Shown: positions 36,994 to 47,800 of the stretch, piece by piece
How the letters are laid out: every line of letters begins with the position of its first letter
Numbering within the stretch: the first letter of the stretch is position 1
IMG/VR virus record: IMGVR_UViG_3300045285_000136
Coordinates: 2,816 to 66,815 of that record
Source of the DNA: a virus
Lineage: Duplodnaviria; Caudoviricetes
Length of the DNA: 64,000 bases
Strand: one strand, 5' to 3'
The notes under the pieces: generated by a model
Databases searched by the model: none
The model's input: only the letters and a program-made list of their open reading frames with translations
What the model was told of the DNA's origin: nothing
Program-made: the position numbers and the translations under genes

Positions 36994-38132
36994 ACCAACT
37001 ATCCCCCCTATCGTCCAACGTCCCTGCATTCATGCAGAATGCGTCGCGTCACAACCTCAACGCATCCGCGTCACAGAACTTATCCACACCTTTCTCAGTG
37101 GTATCCATCAAGGGCAAGGTCTGGCGCATCAAACATCGCGGCGTCGAAACCATTCTCCAGACGTCGGCAGGGACCGACCATCATGGCCGGCCCCTGCCTG
37201 TCGCACCGGTGCAGACCATCGACGTCGTGGTGGTCGGTCTTGCGTCGGGCGTGAGCAAGACGTTCTACACCGGCCAGTACACCGAGGGTTCCGCCGAGAA
37301 GCCGGACTGCATGTCCGCGAACGGTGTGACGCCTGACGTCGGTGTGCCTCACAGGCAGAGCACGCATTGTGGTCCGTGCCCGCAGAACCAGTGGGGCTCG
37401 CGCACCACGGCGCAGGGCAAGCGCGCCAAGGCGTGCCAGGACGCCCGCCGGCTGGCGATCGTGCCCTCCGGTGACGAGGCCAACGACAACTTCGGTGGGC
37501 CGATGCTGTTCCGCATCCCCGCCATGTCTCTCGGCGCACTGGACAAGTACTGCCGCGACCTCGAGCGCATGAACGTGGACATCTCGCAGGTGATCACCCG
37601 TCTCGGGTTCCAGCCGAGCATGGCGTATCCGTCCATCACCTTCGAAGCCGTGGGATATATCCAGACCCCGGAAGCCTACGCGATCGTCGACGAGCACGTG
37701 CGTTCGGAGATGGTCAACCGCATCGTCAACGAGAGCGGGCTGGAGCCGGCGTCCACTGTGGACCAGCCGGTGAGCGCACTCGCGCAGGCAGCACGGCCGA
37801 CCTTCATGCCGATGCAGTCGGCCAAGCTGCCGGTCGAGCCGGTGGCGCTTGCGCCGGCACCGGCACCGGCACCGTCACCGGCACCGTCGCCGTTCCGGCA
37901 GGCAGCAGCCTCGCAGGAGCCGCAGCAGCCCACCCAGCCGCCGGCGCCGGCCCCGGCACCAGCCCCCAAGCCGCCGCTGCCGGCAGCCGCCAGCGCGGGC
38001 CCGGCTCGCGCCCGGGCGCCCCGGGCGGCGCCTACCAACGGTGCTGCGGCGCCGGCACCCGTGAGCGCCGGGCCCGTGGTGACGGGCGCGCCGGAGGACA
38101 TGGCGTCGGTGATCGATAATCTACTCGGCTGA
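36990..38132 (+). CDS. Putative ssDNA-binding/annealing protein
   Basis: PDCMSANG..P...CxxCPQNQWGS...KAC...RRL; Pro/Ala linker and acidic tip. Confidence 0.6.
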   Translation: MNQLSPLSSNVPAFMQNASRHNLNASASQNLSTPFSVVSIKGKVWRIKHRGVETILQTSAGTDHHGRPLPVAPVQTIDVVVVGLASGVSKTFYTGQYTEGSAEKPDCMSANGVTPDVGVPHRQSTHCGPCPQNQWGSRTTAQGKRAKACQDARRLAIVPSGDEANDNFGGPMLFRIPAMSLGALDKYCRDLERMNVDISQVITRLGFQPSMAYPSITFEAVGYIQTPEAYAIVDEHVRSEMVNRIVNESGLEPASTVDQPVSALAQAARPTFMPMQSAKLPVEPVALAPAPAPAPSPAPSPFRQAAASQEPQQPTQPPAPAPAPAPKPPLPAAASAGPARARAPRAAPTNGAAAPAPVSAGPVVTGAPEDMASVIDNLLG

Positions 38133-38140
38133 CCCGGCAT

Positions 38141-38185
38141 GATCCGCCGGCAGGGCACTGGCAGCCCTGCCGGCGGATCTGTTTT
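38141..38185 (+). terminator. Rho-independent terminator
   Basis: Perfect 16-bp stem GATCCGCCGGCAGGGC/GCCCTGCCGGCGGATC followed by TGTTTT. Confidence 0.8.
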
Positions 38186-38197
38186 GGGAGGTCAGCC

Positions 38198-41140
38198 ATG
38201 GATTTGCCAACGACGCTGGCGCGCATCGTGCCGACCACGCCGGATACACATCTGGTTATCGCTTACGGCACCACAGGTAACTTCACACACAAGTTTTTCC
38301 CGGCCGACACTGGCCATCTAAGTGCTGCCAACCTGCTCAGGCAGGTATCTGCCCAGGGTCTGCAGGCCTACTTCGCCGTGGCCGGGTTCGCCCGGGCGAG
38401 CCGCAAGCAGGCTGACGTCGCGGGCATACGTGCACTCTACATCGACGCCGACGTGTCGCGGCCCGGGGACGGCAAGGCCAACGCCTTCCCGGATCGCGCG
38501 GCGGCGTGGGCGTGGCTTGCACAGTTCACCCAGGGCACGGGCCTGCCCCTGCCCAACACGACGATCGACTCGGGCTACGGGTATCACTGGTACTGGGTGC
38601 TGGACACGGTGCTCGATCGGAGCACGTGGCAGGGGCTGGCGGACGCATTTCTGGCCGCCATGCTTGCGCATGGCTGGGTCGGCGACACCAACGTCACGAT
38701 CGACAGCGCCAGGATATTACGCCCGCCCGAGCTGCTGAACCACAAGGTCCCCGAAGCGCCCGTCCCGACAAGCGTGGTCGAACACCCGAAGCTACCTACA
38801 GACGATCACGATCTCACGCTCATAGAAAATAAACTACAGCCCTACCGGAACTCGGGCGCGGGCGTGACTCGGGCGGGAACTCTGTCAAGGGTAATTAAAT
38901 CCCCCGTAACAAGTTTGGGCACGCCGCCGGCGCACATCACTCCGGGAGTAAGCCCCGGCCTGAACGCCGGGGCCAGCGCCAACCTGGGTGGATTGCACGA
39001 GCCGCACTGGTTCGAGGAGGTATCCAAGCGCTGCCTGCAGGCAGGTAGATCCCTCTTGGCGGGCGGCGCGGGTGACCCCTACCCGCTGTGGTACCTGGGC
39101 TGGCTAACCATGCTCGTGTTCTGCGAGGACGGGGCTGACTTCGTGCACCCGATATCTCAGGGCCACGTGAAATATTCACAGGCCAACGTGGATAGTCATT
39201 TCGCCAAGGCCCAGCACGAGGTCACAACCAAGAACATTGGCCCGCCCACCTGCGGCAAGATCGACATGGCCAACCCCGGCCTGTGTCAGGCCTGCCCGCA
39301 CTGGGGGAACATCACCTCCCCCGCCCAGCTGGGCTACCAGAGCGACCCCGCGAGCGACACGGAGCTACCCGACGGCTACCGCCAGTCACCCACGGCGCAG
39401 CAGGTTGAGTACCAGTATGCCACCGCCAAGACCGTGCGCTGGGTGAAGCTGATCCCAGGCATCGTGAGCAACCCCTGGCTCGAGGTGATCCGTGGCGGGG
39501 GCTACCGGATACACTTCACCTACAGCTTCGGCGGCGAGGACAAGCCGGTCAACGCGAGCGACGTGGACCTCGGCACCGGCGGCGTCGAGGTGGCGCGCTC
39601 GCTCGCCCGGCTGGGGATCACCGCATCGAAGGACCAGTTCGTACATATAGGAGCGTTCCTCGTGGCCTGGATCAACAAGCTCCGCAACCAGCGGGTGATC
39701 AGCCGTGACGGGCTGCGGCCTTTCGGGTGGACCACCGACGAGCAGGGTAAGCACCTGGGCTTCGCGGTCGCCGGCATGCACTATCTGGCCAACGGCACCG
39801 AGGAAACCATCGCCGCCGGCGACGCGATGATCGCTGCCTACTACCGGCCGACGGGCGAGTATGCCGAGTGGCGCAAGCCGGGCCCGCTGTTCGAGACCAG
39901 CGAGCCCGCCGCACAGCTGATCGTTGCCACCGCCTTCGCCGCGCCCCTCATCGCCCTGGCAAGCGTGGTGAAGGGTGTGACGTGGAACTTCTGGTCGACC
40001 AGCTCGGGCGTGCGCAAGACCGCCGCGATGGAATACGCGCAGTCAGTATGGGGTGACCCGGTACAGAAATCATCCCAGTCCGATACCTACAACGCCATAG
40101 TGAACCTGCTCGGCACCACGCGCGTGCTGCCCAGGTACTGGGACGACATGCGCTGCGAGGACAAGGAGTCCCAGGAAACCTTTAACGCCCTCGTGCACAG
40201 CATCACGCAGGGTGCCGAGAAGAACCGCCTGAGTTCGGCAGCGCAGTTGCAGACGCGTCGCGAGTGGGAAACCATGCTGGTGATCTCCTCGAACCGTTCG
40301 CTGAGCGACCTGCTCTCCAACAACGACGTCAGCGATAGCGGATACCAACGCCTGATCCAAGTGAAGTTTGAGGGACAGCCCACGGCATACAACGCTCAGG
40401 TCGGCATGACGCTGAACCTGATCAAAACCAACTACGGTCATGCCGGACGGATCTACGCCAAGCACATCGCCGGGCACCACGACGAGATCCAGCAGGAGAT
40501 CGTCCAGGCGATGGAGATACTCGGGCAGCGGTTCACTATCCAGCAATCCGAGCGGCACTTCATCACCGCGATGGCGTGCGTACTGGTCGGCGCGCGCCAT
40601 GCCGAAGCGCTGGGCCTGTTCACCTTCGATCATAAGGGCATGCTGAACTGCATGCGCCTGTCGCTGGGCGATCTGCGCAGCGCCACCGGTGCGCAGGTGC
40701 TGGTGAACAGCACCGGTGCGTTCGATCCCGTGGAAGTACTCCACCGCTACGTGCACCACGAAGCAGCACGCCGGATACGCACCGATATCATTTATGCGCC
40801 GGGCGGTCCGAAGCCCCACCCCATCGGACCGCCGACCGCCAACAACATCAACGTGCAGATCGCCGAACGCACCGGGACATTGCGCATCAACCGGGTGGAC
40901 TTCCGCAAGTGGATGACCAGCGTGAACATCCCGGCGAACCAGCTGGTGGATCAGCTGGCACAGATCCAGGGTGTCCGGCAGACCCGCGAACACATCGGCG
41001 CAGGTACAGTATGGGCCACCACCAAGATGTGGGTGCTGGATATACCCCTGGTCGGGCCCTTCGTCAGCTTCATCGACGGCGCCGACGCGCACCCCGATCC
41101 GAAGATCGCCAAACTGTTTCCTGTGAAACGCAATGTGTGA
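38198..41140 (+). CDS. Primase (RepB/AEP-like) fused to DUF927 and helicase-like domain
   Basis: YIDADV, SGYGYHWYW, ARILRPP, C..C Zn site, DUF927-like central region. Confidence 0.85.
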   Translation: MDLPTTLARIVPTTPDTHLVIAYGTTGNFTHKFFPADTGHLSAANLLRQVSAQGLQAYFAVAGFARASRKQADVAGIRALYIDADVSRPGDGKANAFPDRAAAWAWLAQFTQGTGLPLPNTTIDSGYGYHWYWVLDTVLDRSTWQGLADAFLAAMLAHGWVGDTNVTIDSARILRPPELLNHKVPEAPVPTSVVEHPKLPTDDHDLTLIENKLQPYRNSGAGVTRAGTLSRVIKSPVTSLGTPPAHITPGVSPGLNAGASANLGGLHEPHWFEEVSKRCLQAGRSLLAGGAGDPYPLWYLGWLTMLVFCEDGADFVHPISQGHVKYSQANVDSHFAKAQHEVTTKNIGPPTCGKIDMANPGLCQACPHWGNITSPAQLGYQSDPASDTELPDGYRQSPTAQQVEYQYATAKTVRWVKLIPGIVSNPWLEVIRGGGYRIHFTYSFGGEDKPVNASDVDLGTGGVEVARSLARLGITASKDQFVHIGAFLVAWINKLRNQRVISRDGLRPFGWTTDEQGKHLGFAVAGMHYLANGTEETIAAGDAMIAAYYRPTGEYAEWRKPGPLFETSEPAAQLIVATAFAAPLIALASVVKGVTWNFWSTSSGVRKTAAMEYAQSVWGDPVQKSSQSDTYNAIVNLLGTTRVLPRYWDDMRCEDKESQETFNALVHSITQGAEKNRLSSAAQLQTRREWETMLVISSNRSLSDLLSNNDVSDSGYQRLIQVKFEGQPTAYNAQVGMTLNLIKTNYGHAGRIYAKHIAGHHDEIQQEIVQAMEILGQRFTIQQSERHFITAMACVLVGARHAEALGLFTFDHKGMLNCMRLSLGDLRSATGAQVLVNSTGAFDPVEVLHRYVHHEAARRIRTDIIYAPGGPKPHPIGPPTANNINVQIAERTGTLRINRVDFRKWMTSVNIPANQLVDQLAQIQGVRQTREHIGAGTVWATTKMWVLDIPLVGPFVSFIDGADAHPDPKIAKLFPVKRNV

Positions 41141-41165
41141 AAACCCTCGTTTGGAGACGATCCCG

Positions 41166-41354
41166 ATGGATGAAACCGAATACGACTGCGTGGACTGCGG
41201 CCAGCACGTCGTTGCGTGGGAGTTTTATGGCACGACCGAGCCGGGCAAGCGGTGCAATAGTTGCGATTGGATACGCGACCACGTAGCGCCGGAACATCAT
41301 GCGGCGGTGCGCGAGCGGCTAGGCGTCCCGCTCGCAGGATCGACCGATGGCTGA
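41166..41354 (+). CDS. Small Zn-ribbon protein
   Basis: CVDC..CNSC; GGAG RBS. Confidence 0.6.
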   Translation: MDETEYDCVDCGQHVVAWEFYGTTEPGKRCNSCDWIRDHVAPEHHAAVRERLGVPLAGSTDG

Positions 41355-41538
41355 GACGCGCGACGAACGTCAGGCGTTTATCGCCGAGGGTGTGCGCAAG
41401 CAGGCGCTCTACGCCGCCCAGCGTCTGCTGCATACCGACCGTGTGCGCGAAGAACTTATCGTCATGCGTGAATACGAAGTGATCTGGCAGCGCATCGTGT
41501 GTGGGTATCACCAGCAATGGAGTGCGAAGCATGGCTGA
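41347..41538 (+). CDS. Small hypothetical protein
   Basis: Coupled overlaps. Confidence 0.5.
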   Translation: MAETRDERQAFIAEGVRKQALYAAQRLLHTDRVREELIVMREYEVIWQRIVCGYHQQWSAKHG

Positions 41539-41743
41539 GTTCGTCTGCCTGCGTCATGGATCTGCCTACCGTGGGCTGAACTGTCCCATATGCAACAACA
41601 ACGAGCTAATCATGCAGGTCTCAGTTGTCAAACTTCCGGCGGTTCGCAACCGCGCTGACCACCCGAAGGTTACTCCGGGAGTTACCGCCCCCCTTGTCGA
41701 GCGGCTTTATGTGATCAACGGTCAGCTTACTGCGTGGCGATAG
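41531..41743 (+). CDS. Small hypothetical protein overlapping HNH gene convergently
   Basis: CxxH..CxxC N-terminus; 123-nt antisense overlap. Confidence 0.4.
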   Translation: MAEFVCLRHGSAYRGLNCPICNNNELIMQVSVVKLPAVRNRADHPKVTPGVTAPLVERLYVINGQLTAWR

Positions 41744-41875
41744 CTTGCCGGCCTTGATCTCGGCGGTGCGTGCCTGATCTCGTTCGACGCGCTTCTTCTT
41801 GCCCGCCTCGCTGGTCTCGCGGGCGATGTAGTACGCCCGGTTGCGCAGGTAGCTGGCGTGGGACTTAGTTGGCAT
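41621..41875 (-). CDS. HNH endonuclease (84 aa)
   Basis: VDHIKPLDKGGGNSRSNLRVVSAVANRRK. Confidence 0.85.
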   Translation of the reverse strand: MPTKSHASYLRNRAYYIARETSEAGKKKRVERDQARTAEIKAGKLSPRSKLTVDHIKPLDKGGGNSRSNLRVVSAVANRRKFDN

Positions 41876-44800
41876 TGGCGAAGCTCCCCGCCTGCATGAG
41901 TGCCGCCGCGCCCTTCTTCGGCAGGCGCAACCCCATAGTGGCACCGGACTTCTTCCCGGCCTTCTCCTGCTGCAGCAGCTGGTCCCGCGTGATGCGCGCG
42001 GTCGGGTGCGTCGCGTTGTAAGCGACGATCGCCTGCCACGCCGACGCGCGCTCGCTGGGGCTGCCTTCCATCCAGCGGGTCTCCAGCTGCGAGCGCTCGG
42101 CGGATTGTTCCTGGCGGGCCTCGAGCACCGCGTTGCGCCCCTCGCGGAACTCGGAGACGCGCGCCGGCTGGAACCCCGCCGCCTGCAGGGCGTAGTCCCC
42201 GTAGGACAGCTTGGACGGGGGCAGGATCGTCTGGCCTTTGGAGTCGGTGACGCCCTTGCTGGCCAGCTGGATCGCCTTGTACGGGTCGCGTATGACACGG
42301 GGCAGGGCGTTCTTCAGGCCACCGAAATCTCCCTGCGCCAGCTTCCCCGCACCCTCCATGATGTTGGCAAGGTTCTCGCCGGTGGCACCCGTCACGAGAT
42401 GCATGAGCGCCTCGGTGATGCCCTTCTTGCCGAAGTTGGACAGCTCGGGCATCTCCATCAGGTTGTTCAGGGACACGCGCCGGTGCACGTCGAACCCCAG
42501 CGCATGAGGCAACCCGCGTGATATGAGTTCGCCCATCTGCGGGCCAACCACGTGGGCGATCGCCGCCCGCATGGAGTTCTCATAGTTGTGCGGGTCGCGG
42601 CCATGCAGGAGATCCCAGGCGCCGCCCAGGTATCTGATCGCGTCGGTCGTGGGTAACCCCAGCACGCCGGCCATCATGGCGTGGCTGGCCATGAGATACG
42701 CCAGCGACTTGCGCGCCTCCCAGCGTTCGTCCTTGGTGCCGGCACGCATGCTCTCTTTGATGAGTGTGCCCATCATCGCATACATATGCAGGCCGTAGCG
42801 TTTGAACTGCATCAGCGGTGCGCCCAGCATACCCAACGGGCCCTTGGCTGAAGTGAGCAGCTCGCGGTTGCCGGCCATGTAGTTGGGCGCCACCCGGCGC
42901 GCGGTCTTCTCGGCGTACTCGACGGACTTACCTATGTCGCCCTTGGTCTTGGCGTGCTCCAGTTCGGCCGCCGAGTAGGCCGAGACGAAGCGGTTAATCG
43001 CGTCCACATAGTGCGCCATGATCTGATTGGTATCGGACACGCGCTCCCACATGCCGGCGACCTTGCCGCCGAACACACCCTCGGGGTTCATCTGCCGGCG
43101 CAGGTCGCTGGTCATTGTGTGGTCCACGAGACCCGTGTCGGCGAGCATCTTATGCACCGCGTCGACGAGCGCCTTGTTGGCGCCGGGCATATCCCGGAAC
43201 CGCTTGGCCAGCATGTCCAGCACGTTCCAGTTGGATGCGCTGAGATCGTGACGCATGGCCGACAGCATCGCGTTGGGAGACTTGCCCAGTATCGGCGCGG
43301 CCTTCGCGAGGTTGCGCGCCACCGCCGCCGACGATCGGATCACCCCGTGCCGTCCGGCGAGCAGGGCGATGCTGTTGGTGTGTGCCTCCATGGTGGCGGT
43401 CACCATGTGCGAGGGTGACATCAGCGAGAGCACGTAGTTGAACGCGTTCACGTGCGCCAGATTGCGCTGCGCCGAGTTGTTCATGTCCTCGGGCCGCTGG
43501 ACGCGCTTCTCGAGCGACTGGATCACCATCGCCATCTTGTTGCCGAGGTCAGGCTTGGCACCCGGGCGTTCGAGGTCGCGCTGCTGCGCCCAGAGATTAT
43601 CGAAGGTTGCTTGTCTCTCGGCGCCGTGGCGCAGGTAGCCGATACGGTTGGTGTGGTTGATGAACTCGTGGGATAGCACGCGCGCGTGGTCGATCGAGGC
43701 ACCGGGTATGCCCTGGCGTTTCAGCCGCATGCGCGCGGCCTGCCCGTCGGCCATGTGGTTGACCAGGATGCCGGCCAGCGTGTCCCGGGCCAGTTCAGCC
43801 TGCTTGGCGCTGAGGCCCTTGCGCGTGAGCGCGCTCTCCAGTTCGCCGACCGCCGGGTGCGTGGCGAGTATGTCCTGGGTGAACTTCTGGTTGTGGCGGG
43901 TGACCTGGAACACGTCCTTGTCGCCGTATTGCTTGACCAGTTCGGCGCGACGATCCTCGGCTTTGGATTTACGATCGAAGAACTCGACGCCCTGGTTGTC
44001 GCCCGTCCCGTACTTCACCACGTATTTCCCGTAGCGCCTCTGAGGGAAGTAGTCCCCCTGGGTGTAACCATACGAGTGGGCACGCGCGATCATCTTGGCG
44101 AGGTCGCGGTTCTCAGACCACTTATCCCCGAAGGCCTTGGCGATCTCGGAGTTGTCCGGATCGGCCATGAACTTGGCGAGGGTCTCCTTGTTGCGGGCTG
44201 CCTGTGCGAAAGCCTCTGCCTGCGCGTCCGTCACATCGGGTATGACAGCACGCAATGAACCCTCGAGTTCCGCTTCGCGAGACTCCTTGTAGGTCTCCTT
44301 GTACAGATCTCTGGCGTCGCCATAAAAACCTTTGGCTGCGGGAGATAGCTTCGCGTAGTCCGCCTGACCCTGCTTCAGTTCTGCCAGCTGCTCGGGTGTC
44401 GTCAGGTGCTTGTTGGCGTCCGCCGGCAAGCTATCCCCCAGGTGCATCTCACCCAGGGACGCGCGGTTCATCAGCGAACCCAGTTCCTTCTGGTCGGACA
44501 AACCACCCCACGTCTTGAGCAGACCACGCACGCGATCGCCATACTTGTTGGCGGCGTCGGTGCTGGCCTTGGCTATCTTATCGCGAACTCGTTGGTAATC
44601 CACCAATCCGGGGAGATTGTCCTTGTGCAGGCTGGTGATGGCGTCGACGTTGGTGGCGCCGGTGACGGCGTTGAATAGTCGATCAGGTAGATTGCTCGGA
44701 CGGATCCGTTCGAGCACACTTCGTCCAGTGTCACGAAGTCGATCGGTGGAGGCGTGCAGCAGAGGCTCGGCGTGGGCGCGAACAACAGGATCACTGGAGC

Positions 44801-47800
44801 GTATCCCCTCGTTGTGCTTGATCGACGCATCGAGGATATCCGTCACCGGCTGCATGATGTGATCAAGCAGCGTGTATTCGCTGGCACTCTTGGGTTTGTC
44901 AAACCCGAGGGCGTGCCGCGTCCAGTCGACAAAGTACCGCCAGATCGAATTGCCCTGCTTGCGCGGCGTGTAACCCAGTTCCGCCATGATCTGCCGGAAC
45001 TTTGGACTCGCCTGATGCGACGCGGCGAACGCCTGCACCTCGGGGTTGGTCATCAACCATGTGTGCGTCTCGCGGACATCGCCGGTCGCGTGAACCAGCC
45101 GCGACCACACACCTGGGTCCACCGTCTCCCGGTTCAACCTTGCATGGTTCGCCAACTCGGTAGCGATCGTGCGCAGCGCATGGATCTCACGATGGTTCGG
45201 GTCGGTCCTGAGCAGGTGGTTCAGGCGTTCGGTGGTAACTGAGTGGGCGATCTCATGTAACAGGGTCTGCCCGGTTACCGGCGTGTCCATGTTGATGCCG
45301 ATATGCCGCACGCCGTCGCTGCGTGCACCCGTATGATCGTAATACCCGTGGGTGCCGCGCTCCCCGCTCTCGAGGTTGTAGTGAATGCTCCGGTAACCAC
45401 GACGCTGAGCTTCACCGAACGATATGATGGGTATGTTATCGTTGACACGATCGTAGAGTTTCTTGGCTAACTCCCACAGGGGGCGCTGCTCGGTCTTCAG
45501 CGCGCTGCTGCGCAAGATCGTCTCGAGTGCCGCCTTGGGCGTATAGGCAACCCCGTGTTCCTCGGACGCGCGTATGTCCCGCCGCAGATCCTCGTGCAGG
45601 CGCGGGTCGTTGGCCATGCGCACGTAGCGCGACGAGAATGGGTTGGGCAGGCCCTCAGGTGTGACGCCCTGCTGGCGTAGCACGTCGGGCTCACCCTCTG
45701 CACTCTCAACTGCGTGCCCGACGGGATCGTGGATCTCCTTAAGCGCAGCCTCCAGACGTTCGATGCGTGTTGGATCGAACTTCTTAAGCCGTTCAGCCAG
45801 CTGCTCGGTGCGGAGTTCTTTCTGCTTGCCTACCAGCTTGGTGTTAGCCTCGTGCTCCTGCTGCTGGCGCAACAATTCCTGTTCGAGCACCGGGTTCTTC
45901 GCCGAACTCAGCTCCCGGACAATCCCTTCAGAGATCGTCTCAAGCCCTGGCCGGCGTTGCCGACCACCCTTGCGGCGCTTCCCTGCGTACTCATCATGGG
46001 CATCGGCACCGCTGATCTCACCTCGAGCGATCCGGTCGACCAACTCTTTCTGAATAAGCTTGTAGTCAGTCGTGTTCGGCCGTTGTTCCTGCGTCGCACC
46101 ATAATCCTGTGTGCGGACAGGAGCTTCTCGCTGAGGTTCGGCAGCGACAGCAGCTTTAAGCGAGGCGGCTTTCTCGGCAGCGGCCTCCTTCTTGGCCGCC
46201 TCGGCGGCCTTAAGTGCCTCGTCACGCGTCGCCTTGGCCTTGGCCAGGGCCTCGGTATCCACCGGCTTGGCTTCGGGGAGCTTGGACTTGGCGATCGCTT
46301 CGGCTGCCTTGGGCGCGGTGAGCGTGCCAGGGGGTAGCTCCTCGCGCTTCTGCTCGCGCTTCTCCATGAGCGCCGCCAGCTTCGTCGGCGCAGGCTTGGC
46401 CTCGACCTTGGGCTTTACTTCCGGAGTAACCTCACCGCGCATCTCGGTGATCTCGTTCCCGAAATGCGCACGCTTGCCCTTGTTCCACAGCTCGACGGGG
46501 GTCGCGCCTACTGCGGGCCCGTCGAGCGGCTTGACCATCGTGCGCCGCTCGAACTTCCCGGCGTCCTTGCCCGCTGTATATCGAACACCCCAGGCACCGC
46601 TGGAGTGCTGCGCGATCACCCGGCTGGAACCGCCTTGGGACTGAAAGTCGCTGCCCAGCTTCTGGGCGTCCTCGGCGGATACGTAGATCGTCTTCTCGGA
46701 GCGGGGCTGCACGCCCTGCTCGTCGATGCCGTGCTCGGGGCGGTATGCCTTGTCGCGCGTCGTCGTGCCGTCATCGTGCAGCGTGTAGGTGGAACCCTTG
46801 GCGGTGGTGAACCCGCGCCCCTCGGGCGCCGCGCCCGATTCAAGACCCGACCTCGCGCGCATCTCCTTCGCCATTATATTATTTACTTCGATAGGCGAAT
46901 GTCCCTGCGCTGCAAGCTCGCGCCGCCTGACGTCGGCGTCCTTGCTGGTGGGCGTCACCCCTGCCGCTGTCTCTCCCGTCGATGCCCTGACATCAGCAGG
47001 GGTGACTTCAGCCTGAGGTGTGATCGATGCCCCTGGCTGATCTGGTAGAGGCTTCTCGCCGACGGCCGGCTTGGACTCTACTCCCGGAGTAACTGTCGGG
47101 GGAGACTCGGCAGGAGCTTCGGCGCCGGCGAGCTTGGGACCGGCTTGTGCCTCGGGTGCAGCCTCGACTTTGGCGCTCTCGCGAGCGTGCATCTCGGCGA
47201 TCTGCTTGGTGCTCATCCCCTTGAAGCTGTCGGCCTTGCGTCCGGTCATGCTGACCAGATCGTCGACCATGTCCTTACGCGGGATGCCCTCAGTCGGCTT
47301 GATCGCTGCCGGCTTGGCCGCAGCTGCGACCTTCGCGGTATCCACCGGCCCCGTAGGCGGCGTGAGCCCGGCGGTCGCCGCCGACTGTGCTTCAGCTGAC
47401 ATCGCCGCAGGTGCTGCTGCAGTGCCCTTGGAGGCCGCCACAGCCTGCTGTGCGGCAACCGGTGGCTCACCCGGACGTCTCGGCGGGTTGGCCTCTGCCA
47501 GCGAGGGGAACATCTCCCCCTGGCCGGTGGTGGGGACGGTGGTGGGCGGTGCTTGGTTGATCGGCAGCTCGCCCTGCCGTGCGCCGGGCATGCCCATGGT
47601 GGGCGTGTTCATCGGCTGCGGCGGTGGTACGGGCTCGCCAGTCATCTGCGGCTTGGCGGCGTTAGCGTCTTGCGTGGTCTGGAACAACTCACCCTGCGTA
47701 CCCGTCGTTGGAATACCCGACGGTGCTTGGCTCAGGTCAAGTTCGCCCTGTGTGCCCAGCGCCGCCTCTGTCGCAGCACGTTGGTCACTGGGTAGCTGCC

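Noticed and set aside
40070-41092. Long antisense ORFs in the track (for example 40070-41092 -, 27939-28763 -, 3662-4600 +, 59673-60329 +)
   Set aside because: Shadow ORFs of high-GC genes, with no motifs or RBS
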